Of a stretch of 64,000 bases of DNA, positions 12,001 through 22,821 are shown one piece after another. Positions within the stretch are counted from its first letter, which is position 1, and every line of letters begins with the position of its first letter. Under the pieces are notes generated by a model that was not told where the DNA came from, did not search any database, and worked only from the letters and a program-made list of their open reading frames with translations. The stretch is from Saccostrea cucullata. Lineage: Eukaryota. The position numbers and the translations under genes were made by a program. The stretch spans positions 1 through 64,000 of the forward strand of contig NW_026929514.1 in NCBI RefSeq assembly GCF_032062105.1. The letters run 5' to 3'.

Positions 12001-15000
12001 AAAAAAATCACTGTGAACTTTTATTTTAAAAATCTTATCTGTTTTATGTATCAAAATTTCAAATTCCTCTTGAATGGCATTTTGTACTGATGTAGTTATT
12101 TTTTTAAAAGCATTTAAATTAATGTCAGAATTCCATTTGTAATTCAGGCTCATAAAATATGTAAGCTAGAGAACTTGTCAAGGCTACATTTAAATGAAAG
12201 TTAATATATCTAGTTCTGAATATATATTTTTTTAATCTTTAAAAGCCATCCAGTACCAACTGATAATCTATTAATACATATGCTTCAAAATTAAAAAAAA
12301 AAAAACCAAAATTTATCAACAGTTGCATTTTTTGAAGTCCCATGCTAAATATAGAACATTGTCAGACCTGTAAGGGGGTGGGGGAGTCGCGTACTCTGTA
12401 TCCCCCTCACTGAGACTCTCCTCCCTGGGCTGACTAAAGCTCCGTCGACGAATCATTATAAATCAGACAATTAACACAATAATTAAGCTTCATCTCTACC
12501 CGTGTCTACACAGGTTCCATTTGTTAATGTCAGTCTGCAGCGTCTTGCTATGGTGACTGTAATGTTTCAGGGTAGGCTTTTTAATTATTCATGGGAATAT
12601 CGACAGCTTTTAAATTTCAATTCATTATGTCTCCTAAGCAAATTTGAAGTCAATTTCTTAATTGAGGAACAAAAATGAAGTAATCAATGTTTTTACAAGT
12701 CAATATAGGTTGCTTTTGTCTAGTGGAAAAGTATTTGTTTTTTTAAATAGATTCTTTGAGTAGTAAAGAGGAAAAAGAACTGATGATTAAGTTCTACATA
12801 AAAGGGTAGACTCTTGTATTGTTGTCGAGAGCTCAAGAGAGAGAGAATATAAAGGTATATATATTAACAAAATTTAGCCATGCAGCTCCAGTATAATATG
12901 CAAAGCATACATGCGTCAGTAAACATATAATTTAAAAGTATATAGAAACTATTTTACTTTTAAATTGTATTTCAATACACATTCTATGTAGAGAAGGTAA
13001 TTATAAACTGAATGCATGTTATTGTCTAACAAAAAAAAAAACTAATTCCTATTTATCAATACCACAGGCACCTGATAAAAAGATGGTGTAACCCATGCAT
13101 CCATCAGTTTCTGATAACTTTGATTAAGACACATTGTCAAAAACGTTTCAAAAATACACAAATTCCAGGCCTCAAAACCATAAACTGAGATTACAGACTT
13201 ACCACAAAATTTTGATTTTGAATATCTTGTGCCCTGTTCACACGGAGAGTTTAATTCGAATTAAACGTAAAGTTACTGGAAATTAGCTTCGCTTAGCGTT
13301 CACACGGAGAATTTAAAGCGAATTAGTTTAATTTGAATTAGTTTACTGCGCATTAAATTACATGTACTTCGGATTAGCTTCGTGTGAACGCTAAGCGAAG
13401 CTAATTTGAATTAAATTCTGACCCATGCAACAAATTTATAGTCAAAAGCCATTTGTCGGTGGTCAGCTATATAGGTTATGACTTGTGCTATTTTTGAGTG
13501 AAAAACTAAGTGCTGATGCCGGGCTGCAGAAGTAAAATTTTAATTCGCATTAGTTTACTTCGCATTAGCTGTTGTGTTAACGCAATTTAATTTGCATTAG
13601 TTTGATTCGCATTAGTTTACTTCGCATTAATTTACAGTGAATTAAACTCTCCATGTGTTCAGGGCATTAAATTCTTGTATATAACACATGTGCATAAAAA
13701 TTTAGTTTTGGATGATATAATACAAATTCACACACATGTGGAAAATTTTGTTTAAATATCAAAGTTAATTTAAAAATTACAGTGGACCCTCATTTATCCG
13801 GACACTTTGGTTCCCAGTGAATTTGTCTGGATATGTGAAGCGTACGGATACCTGAATCACCAGTTAACAAAACAAAATAACATTTAAAAATTCCGTTCCG
13901 ATGAAAAATCGTCCGGATGCTGAAGCATCCGGATATCTGGCGTCCGGATATCTGAAGGTCCACTGTATATTGATTTAAAAATTTGACTTATTATAGTCTG
14001 TTCTCAGTTTATGGTCTCTGGTTCTGGTCTACCTATCACTCCTGTATTTCGATATCTGCAAATTTTTTGTCTGATAAAAATTCTCAAGATTTGGTGGGGG
14101 GTTGGGGGTGGCAGATGGGGAAGGGTGGCTGTTACCATCCATTTGTCAGCTGCCTGTGATCAATACAAGATCACTTAGATATCGAAAGATTATTCTGTTT
14201 ACATGTTTGAATTGATTCAGACTGTTTGAAACAATGTACAAATACAGAATATAAAACCGTCTTAATTATTTCTTAATTCTGTTTGAAAGAATCTAATCAA
14301 GGACACAGAGCAAATAATTTTTAGAGACTTAAATTTCACAGAAAATTTTATTTAAATTGCAGCTTTGCAAAAAGATAAATATGGAGCATTTAACTGATCA
14401 GAATTTCTAACAAAAATCAATCACTTTGTTTTATAATAATCTATTTGTACAGTTTACTTTTTTTATTTGTGTTACAAAAGTTTCTTTGGGCTTAAAAAAT
14501 CAATTTGACAGTATTCCATTGAATAAATATATTAAAAAATGATTATAATTAAAAATGGAGTTAATACCGAGGTGCTTAGGTGTTGAGACATTGTCTCTGT
14601 GTGTGTGTTATATCCAAACCAAAGATGTAAAATTGTTTCCAGGAAAGGTTCCACAATGTTATCTTTTTGATCATCACCTCAAAAGGTCAAATAAAATGAG
14701 AGGAAGTGAAAGGTTAGTGTAGCTAGCATATGTTTGACCTTCAACTTTGACCCTTACCTGCTGGACGCTACAGGCTGATTTCTGGGTAAGAAATAAATAG
14801 GTTTATCCATCACAAAACACTAGAATCATAGCTAGTACATTGTCCTTAATCTAGCCTTATTTTTCTATAATGTTTTAGGCAGTAACCATGCTTTTCTCAG
14901 TCTGTTTAACTTTTATTAAGCACGCATTAACAATTTATCTCACTTTTTGTTGAAGTTTCTCGCTACGTAACTTGTCACCAATGTAACTCGGACTGTTGTG

Positions 15001-18000
15001 TTTGCAAGTCTAATACAAGGGGCAGAAGGCCAGTGATAATATATAAGGAACCAAAGCACCTCTACTTAGAAAACACCAAAATACTTTTGACAAAAACCCT
15101 ATTCAGTTTTAATTAATTTCATTTATTACAATTCTTATCAGTTTATTTTAGCTAAATGAAGGCTATAAGTTAAAGTTTTCTGTAAATGTTTGGAATTTTG
15201 CGCATGTGAATATCACAAGGCTATTACAATATAACCTCAGGTGATGTTGTAGAAAACCCACTGAATTTTATCTTTTTTATTGCTACAATCAACAGAAAAA
15301 TGCATAAGCCTTGAAATGAACTAGAATGAAAATATTGATCCATCCTGCATGTCTCAATTGTACTCTAGAAAACTTGGTCTCGAGCTTTATTGATGAAAGG
15401 CTTAAGTCTCTCTCATATAATTCAACAATCCTTTGAAAAATGTTTTCATAACCTAGCACAAATCAACGGCATCTTGAAAAGTTAATCTATATAAGTAATC
15501 AATAGCCATCATGTATCTCTGCATGATTTCCACAATATCAACATTTTTATTTACAGAAGTGAAACTTTAAGTCCAAAACTGGATGAAATAAATTCCAAAA
15601 TTTTAGTCTTCAAGTAAAAAAAATAGTTTCAGCACAACATATTAAACCGGACCTACAGAAACTTGCTGAAACTAATAATTAGATATCGTATAAGAAGAAC
15701 TTTTAGCAAGAATTCAAATTTGGCATTTTTAGTAAGGGTTACGTTTCAAGAGAATGCTGAAATTAAATGTTAACAGTTCATTCCTCATAAAAGGTTACTT
15801 TAATCTTTCTTACTAGATTGCTTCTCTCTAAAATAAAATAATGAGTTAAATTTTTAACTTTAGGACAAATGGCTAAATTTGCATCTTGCTAAAAATCTGC
15901 TAACAGTAAGTTTCTGCATTGCAGAAACCCTACAAGAAACACAAAATTTTAGCAAGACATATGTATACATGTTTTCAGTTTGGTGGAAACTCATGGAGTT
16001 TTCATCCACTTGATTCTGACATAAATAAATTCCAAATTAATCTGATTTGTCCTTAATGCTTCAATTTATGCTTATTTTGAATATATTAAATGACTTAATT
16101 TATATTTAACACCAGCTGGAAAATATTATATGTCTTTTTAATTTTTAATTTCACTATACCACAAGTCACACATAGTCATCTTGAAGTACTTCTAAGCATA
16201 TAATTCTTCATAGTTTGATTGAACTTAACTGTAGGAGGCGCAGATCCAGAATTTGGTAAATAGGAGAGGAGGGGGGTTAGATGATGAGAGGACATCTGTC
16301 CTTGGTCCCCAGTGGGTCAAGGACAGTGTTAGGTGGAGCCTGGCATAAAAACCCATTGTAAAGTTCACAGAAATGGTAAAAAGGAACCTTATTAATTGTA
16401 CCATGCTTATACCGACATCACCCAAACAGAGCTTTATGTTTTATCTTCAACTTTAGAGCAATGGTTTATAGGAAAGGAAATAAAGTTAGGTAAATTTCAC
16501 CCAATTTAATTGGTGCAATAAAATGTTTTCTGTGATCAAAGGACCTTAATTAAAGGTTTGAATGGATTTTTTTTTCAGAAAAAATGGGTGTGGAATATTG
16601 TAACTATCAGTAAGATTGTTCTAATAAATTAAAACTACCGGTACACAGGTTTTAATTAGAATTAATTCTGATATATAACAAACAACCCATGCAATTTTCT
16701 GTAAAAATTGTAAGTGTCCATATTCTGAGAGTCCCACTGCACATACAGTTACCTGTCTGTCTTTGAGCCCCTTCTCACGCGATAGTCCTCAGGAGTAACC
16801 TCCCTTGGTATTCGGGCGGACACCACGGCCGCCTCCTTTGGTTTGACATACTGGGAGGGATTGTGATAAAGCTTTTTCCACAACACACTATTTTGCATTC
16901 TTTTTATAAGTTCACACTTTCCTTTTCATATTTTGATACAGAAAATTTACCTTAGTGACAACAGATGTATATCCATAATAGCTTTTTAAAGATGGACTTT
17001 AAATGCATGAATTGTAGACTCCTTGAATGAAAACTTTTGTTTTAATATTCAGTCAATATTATTGTTAAAATATTCATACAGGTAACATAGACCAGGACTG
17101 GTAGACTCCTTATTTTCCTTTGATATGTAAAATGATAAAATCACGAAATAATATCCTACACCTTCCACTAGATGGCACGCCTAATAAGAAATCATGACAC
17201 ACTCTTTACACCAAGTTCTGCCTCAACAAGGAATTCATCCAAAGAGAATTAGAAAAATGCTCACTTAAATTTTGTATCCAACTCACACATGAAAAATTTT
17301 GACAAAATGTGAATATATTTCTCTCAAACAACTAGACCTGATATGTTAACCAGTCTTTGATGCTGTAGAGACCCAACAACCTGCAGCTATGGGCACATTG
17401 ATACAGGAAAATCATCTCAGATACTTTAAAGCACAAAAAAATCTCTGTCAATAAACATTGTTTTCATGATGGGGTTTTCAGGTGTGATTTCAGCCAATCA
17501 ATGATGTTCCGTATCCGTTATCTAGCAAGCCCTCCCCTGGAATATTATAATCACCTAGCTTATTGACTTCATTTCAGCATCAAATGCGGAAACCTCTTAT
17601 CCGCGATCGGAAAGGAATAAAAAGGTTTTGACCAAATAACAAGAAAGATAAGAGTTAACAAATTAATCCCCCACAGCCTAGTCAATATTTCTTTGAGGGT
17701 CCTAACACAAAAAATTTCAAAGGCATTATAGAGTATGTTTAAGGTCGTTGCCACAAATGGATTGATTGATAACAGTGTGTTGTACATCACTACTGAAGTG
17801 TTATTTTAAAATCAATTACTGTCACAGGCAATATTATGCAAAGCTTATTCCTGTGAAAAATGTCATGACAGGAATTGCATTTGGCTTGTTTACTGTTGTT
17901 GTTAGAAACGGAAAAGGGAAAAAAAATCCATACTGGAAATTTATTTGTACATCGACTTATACTGGAAAATGATGTTATTGTTAAAAATATACTAGCCCTG

Positions 18001-21000
18001 GTACCTTCAAGTCAAATGTTTAAAGGTAAAACAGATACTAGATGGTATATTGCTTTCTTTTCTCTTTATTCATACAGTTGGATGACTGTCATTTAATTGT
18101 GACCACTACTATACATGTATCCCTGTGTTAGATACTTTATCCCATTGATTTTTCCAACTTTGTATGATTGTTTATAAATGATTAAATTCAATGTCATTCA
18201 GATTAAAACTTCATTATGTATATCAATGCCCACTGTCCTTTCTTTTGTTCCAGGTGCAGCAAATGAAGCTTTTGATATGAGGTACTATATGTACTACAAA
18301 CACATGAACCCCCCAACCCCCACCTTCAGATATTTTGACATTGTATATTTCAGACAATATGGGTTACTTGCTGGACATACCCCCCCCCCCTTTCCCATCA
18401 GTCTTTTCAGGTCATTTCCTTGTACATGTTTCTATGTCATCAAAATGTAAAATTATGTGATTTAAGGAATGATCTCATATTAATTAAAGACGTTAATGGA
18501 ATAAATCCATTTTGAAATCAAAATTTACAGTAAAGTAATTATATTAAGCATGCATGATATTTGGCGAACATTGAGTTTTGAGCAAGAACTGTATTCGGTA
18601 ATAATCAATATTTGCCCCCCAAATCAAACTTTGAGGGAGAAATATTTATTTATGTTCTTAAACAGGGGGATATATGCTGACTTCAAAGCACTGAATATTT
18701 TCATAAGCAATGACATCATATGTTTGAAATGACGTCACGAACATGACGTAAATTTAAATTTTCCATGATTTCTACAGAAAAATGTATATATTACGTCGAT
18801 AATTTGAGTAAAAGTCACCAAGCGCAGGTCTGATCAGGCTCAAAATTTTGATATAATGTGAAGAATGATAATATCAATGAAATATATAAATATTGTTTCT
18901 GAGCAAACTTGCGCTCTATAATTTTTAAAGCTAAAATTGTTTAAATTTTGTCCATTTAGTCCTCTTTCTAAAAAATGATACAAAAACGAACAAGTTTGTG
19001 ACGTCATAAAAACAAAAATTGTCAATAAACTACTTTGAAACTATAATATGTTCTGTTAATTTATATTTCTCAAAAAATTTATAGAATTCAGCACATTTCA
19101 AGATTTTTTCAAAATTTGACTTTTTGGGGGCAAAGATATGCAATATACCACATACAGTTCTTAGTGTGGATTTGATTAAGCACATTTCTTAATGTTCTTA
19201 TTGAATGTCTATTTGTGCAAGACATTTAGCTGTACTTGAATTAGCAGATCTTGCTTTTTACTAAAGGCACTAAAAAGAATGCACAGTCAAATGTAATATG
19301 TTTACAGTATTTAAACTTACACTTTTTCCCATGGTTTACATCTTAATTAATTGAATTATGTAAAAAATATGTAGCATGTTTTTTTTTCCCAAATTTTTCA
19401 TACTTTTTTTTCAATTTGTAAGAGTGATTTCAAATTTATACTGTACGTATTTCACATTCAATTCAACTTAAAGAAGCACAGACCCTGGATCAATCATCAT
19501 ATAATGGAGATCAATCAACATTCTGGATTTCATGGGTCATATAAATTCTTAGCCATAAACTGTCTTCCAAAAAAAACTACATTTTTTATCTGTCTCATCT
19601 GATTGTATCATTTTATTGAATCTCCTTAACATAATTAAATGACTGACACACAAAATTTCTATCCAACTATTAAAAACTGGTTGCCTTATAATGAACATTT
19701 ATTATATATTTATACAGATGTTTTCCCTATCCCAAATTAAAAATCATAATTTCTACAGTATTTTAAGTGCAATCTCTTGAATTTTTGAAATCTAAGGTTT
19801 ATTTTCAATAACTTTATTGATCAAATATAAATAAAGGGCCAATGAAGTACACTGTATTTGTAGAAATATTTTGTATATTTAGTCAAGAGAGAAAACTCTT
19901 TGACAGCTTAATATGATTTTTTTAAAATTATAGATAAATGCAATTTTATATCATTTCATGATGATATAACAATGGCCATCCTATTAATTATAATATCAAA
20001 TGCAGTATAAAAATCATTTTGCAGAATCTGCACATGTATCATCATTATGACATTATTTTCTTAAAATTCAATCAACATCAGACAAAAACAAGATCAAAAC
20101 ACTCCCTGCTTCCTATTTGCAGATACAAGCTCTCTGGTTTAAAATAAAATGTTTGATGAGAAGTAAGCTATAGTGCCACCTAATGAATAAAGTGTATACA
20201 TGTTTATTGCATTAAAAGAACTGCACTCTTTCTTAATTTATATTTCAACATATTACACTACCAACTCCAGATATATTTACTACAGGTTATAAAACCATGT
20301 GTTCCTAATTTAACATATAAATTCATTTGTTTTAACATGTTTAATAGCTATCTTTGACCCAAATTTGAGACCATTGAAAATTTCAACTATTTATACTGCC
20401 ATTTACTGATTTAAGGGTGTATGAATAAATCAATCAATCCAGTGTGCTTCATGCTGAAGCCAACTAGACAAGAATGTAGATAGAGATCTAATCTTTTGTG
20501 CAGTGGAGGTAAATATATTGAGAAGTAAACCCAAAAGCAGGTGCAGCTTTTGTGTACAATAAATATAAAGATTATTTTTATGTCATGGCACTGAATCTCA
20601 TCAGCATGTCAACACTTTAAATCACTTTTATGTTTGGACAGCTACAATTTTACAACTATCTGCAACTTCCTTGCTAAGTTAGTAAGCAATCTGTGCATAC
20701 TACCATTAAAAATCAAATATGTATTAATTCAAACAGATTAAACTGGCTATGACTGCAACTCTACAACTTTAATCTTTATGTTTATTCTCATCTATAAAAC
20801 ATTTGACAATAGTATATCGTCTGAATTAGTGCTAAAGCAAAAAGCAGTCACATAAATCAAATTTTTAAACATGCTATTATGTTTTGATTTCTTAAAGAAT
20901 CAAAGAGGAAAACGCATATTTACTGAACATCTCTCCACAAATATGGATAGAAACTTCCATAAGTACTGTAAACAACACAAAAAATTCCTTCCTTTCATCT

Positions 21001-21154
21001 CATTTTTAGAAAGTATAAAGTAATTGATGTGGTAAACGTTAAATAAAGAATACACATTATATTCATTTTAATTATCCTGCTACAATTATGCTTTGCAAGC
21101 GAAAATAATCGGTGTAAAAACACTTTACCTGTCGTTCCAGACCTGTTCCGCCAT
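1..21154 (-). CDS. CCDC154: Coiled-coil domain protein 154-like gene, 3' part outside window. Exons: 21154-21129 (alternatives 16898-16753, 14810-14758), 9668-9180, 8711-8519, 1049-967, 464-369, 214-<1
   Basis: All exons have GT/AG boundaries and compatible phases, giving a heptad-rich protein. Segments RLSELRDVLVDVRAKQESEITERRNLEQ and VEDVNKKLLSKEIKLREEMQERYL resemble vertebrate CCDC154 as I recall it (not searched). Confidence 0.72.
513..838. mobile_element. MITE with GG..CC termini and 8-bp TSD (Merlin/MULE-like)
   Basis: TIRs ggtgtgttcccatttcgccttaactgt / acagttaaggcaagatgggaacaaacc; TTAATTGC duplicated at 505-512 and 839-846. Confidence 0.75.
1348..1487. repeat. DIRS right ITR (inverted copy of 6419-6558)
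   Basis: 140-nt reverse-complement match, no mismatch seen by eye. Confidence 0.92.
1607..1730. repeat. DIRS internal complementary region (ICR)
   Basis: 1607-1687 is the reverse complement of 1274-1354; 1684-1730 is the reverse complement of 6544-6590; the halves overlap at CATT. Confidence 0.92.
2042..3231 (-). CDS. DIRS tyrosine recombinase (YR), interrupted by a 2-bp insertion near 2710
   Basis: ORFs 2701-3171 and 2042-2704 join. SAM-like N-terminus (SWRNSTAKQY..W..W) and catalytic R (AQRSQ), K (QKTSK), HSFRG, ANW and Y (FHRFY). The 5' part overlaps the pol C-terminus in another frame. Confidence 0.9.
2847..5074 (-). CDS. DIRS pol: RT, RNase H and DAM-like methyltransferase domain; 1-bp deletion near 4365
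   Basis: RT motifs (FRPVINLKKLN, VDLENAYF, LPFGLSSAP, YIDD), RNase H (SDASLIGWG, NKLELRA, SDSATAVAY, DYLSR) and MT-like domain (DLFASRLN, YIFSPF). The frame is open upstream of 4729 to about 5085 with no ATG. Confidence 0.9.
4903..6189 (-). CDS. DIRS ORF1 gag-like protein
   Basis: Long ORF, first ATG at 6189. Acidic/disordered N-terminus, P-x-N..P.VN.EIW core and Arg/Gly-rich C-terminus, lying upstream of pol. Confidence 0.85.
   Translation of the reverse strand: MSDDEPSTSKGRHTRQAHADDIMQLFASEDEGSFSGFELDKNLADEIIEQASESHDLATLPQSVNSTNKQTGSARGTRKRKPGQSKTGKNPKKQKVNKETIWQNKMDEVLNQVLETANFAIRKINESSQEAITNRSVNPPVNTCNDQSKSSTTCTNQNDQNDQSMSNEIESHHDIFSDNEQQDLENDNEIDDFLSEMPKIFEDDEKFGEETNENISKMVQSIVKKKSDVKSIVKELKIPSNCKDLSPPAVNSEIWHFLDRNIKSKDLGLQTVQKLLGHGIVPIIRMAEELKSKSPDSKKLKKCISDSLTVLLNAFFEISVNRRLLMKPFIDKRYHQLCNRNEKIGDNKLFEDVGKRLKDINDAQKINRNYFSKNFRGSRGNRMMTNPQSSYSQRGRYRTGQFSYSTDQNKSFVRGARGRRNLRRSYYN
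6419..6558 (-). promoter_or_regulatory. DIRS left ITR with TATA box (TATAAAAG on - strand, 6451-6458)
   Basis: TATA-like motif about 260 nt upstream of the gag ATG; the inverted copy in the other ITR points antisense. Confidence 0.6.
10646..11238. mobile_element. Harbinger-like MITE (3-bp TSD CTA) containing a nested TA-TSD MITE at 10773-10980
   Basis: Outer TIR ggccattccaagttttttctctgtttagcgtcc / ggacgctaaacaaagaaaaaacttggaatggcc; inner ta|ctgtagatcact ... agtgatatacag|ta. Confidence 0.75.
13231..13665. mobile_element. MITE with TIR gccctgttcacacggagagtttaattc
   Basis: Imperfect terminal inverted repeats and internal short repeats (ttcgcattagttt). Confidence 0.65.
13780..13965. mobile_element. 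Tc1/pogo-type MITE (CAGTGG TIR, TA TSD)
   Basis: ta|cagtggaccctca..tatccgga ... tccggatatctgaaggtccactg|ta. Confidence 0.75.
18584..19162. mobile_element. Non-autonomous TIR element
   Basis: Imperfect TIR of about 50 bp: aagaactgtat..tttgccccccaaa / ttttgggggcaaa..atacagttctt. Confidence 0.6.
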
Positions 21155-21234
21155 GTTGTTTATGGGTAACGAAGGAGCCGTGTTATCTATCGCGCATTTT
21201 GATTGGCCAATAAACCGGAAGCACGTTTTCAGAA
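21155..21234. promoter_or_regulatory. Bidirectional promoter CCDC154-like/GRWD1
   Basis: 80 bp between divergent ATGs; palindromic double CCAAT box ATTGGCCAAT (21202-21211) and ETS-type CCGGAAG (21215-21221). Confidence 0.7.
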
Positions 21235-22778
21235 ATGGCTGACAATAACAAGGTGGACCATGTGGATGATGAAATGTTTGATGAAGACGACGAAATGGAA
21301 GATATCGAAGAGGAAGGGGAGGATGAAGAAGGTGAAGAAATGGGTGAAGAATCAGGGGAACCTAAAGTTTATCTTCCTGGAGACCCGATAGCCGAAGGGG
21401 AGGAGTTGGTGTTCGATGAATCTGCCTATGTTATGTATCATCAAGCTCAAACTGGTAATGTTTATAAATTTTAAAGCGATTATGAAAGTAGAGAGTCTAA
21501 TATATATACAACTAAGTATTGATGTTTAAGTTTTATGCATATGTTTCATGCATACGTATCACGCAATGTGTGTGCATAATCGTTAAAGCCTAACTTAGGA
21601 AAATCACTATATTTAGCTATATAGCTTAATTTACCTATATAGCTTTATTTACCTATATAATATATCTTTATTAAGCTATTTTAGAATAAGATTCTGTTTT
21701 ATTAAAAGCAGACAAAAAGTCGCATGAAAATTATGGCTGATATTTTTTTAAAGGTTTGCAATTGATAAAAAGAACCTAGGGCATAGATAACAAGAGGCCC
21801 GTGGGCCACATCGCTCACCTGAGCACTGTGGCTAGGAAAAAGTAGAAATTGGTTTATTATTGAAAAGTTTAAATCCAAAAGTAAACCTTTGAACTGTTAT
21901 GGTTTTGCTATTCATGAGAAGATGATTTTTAAAGAATTTTCCTATATATTTCTATGTAAAACTTTGGTCAGCCATTGTGGCCCCGCCCTACCCCCGGGGG
22001 TCATGATTTGAACAAGCTTGAATCACAACTACCTGAGGATGCTTCCATATAAATATGATCAATTATGGCTTTGTTATTCTTGAGAAGAAGATTTTTAAGA
22101 ATGTTCCTATATCATGTACATATATTTCTATGTAAAACTTTGGTCGGCCATTGTGGCCCCGCCCTTCCCCCAGGGGTCATGATTTGAAAAAACTTGAATC
22201 GCCACTACCTGAGGATGCTTCCATATAAATATGATCAATTATGGCATTGTTATTCTTGAGAAGAAGATTTTTAAAGAATATTCCTATATAATGTAAAACT
22301 TTTGCCATTGTGGCCCCGTAAATGATTTGAACAAAGAATTGACACTATTATATTCCATATAAATATGATCAATCATGGCTTTGTTATTTTTGAGAAGAAG
22401 ATTTTTAAAGAATTTTCCTATATATTTCTATGTAAAACTTTGGTCGGCCATTGTGGCCCCGCCCTACCCCCGGGGGTCATGATTTGAACAAACTTGAATC
22501 TACACTACCTGAGGATGTGTCCCCATAAGTTTCATCTTTCCTGGCACAGTGGTTCTTGAGAAGAAGATTTTTAAAACATACCACCAAATTTTCATTAATT
22601 CCCAATTATCTCCCCTTGGATGAGGGCATGGCCCTTCATTTGAATAACCTTGAATCCTCTTTACCTAAGGATGCTTTGTGGCAAGTTTGGTTGAAATTGT
22701 TTGATGAAGAAGTCAAAAATGTGAAAAGTTTACAGACAGACGGACAGACAGACAGACAGACGGACGCCGGACAAAATG

Positions 22779-22821
<43 letters not shown>

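Noticed and set aside
12495-12560. Fourth CCDC154 first exon near an X-box-like motif
   Set aside because: The ATG is followed by a stop after four codons.
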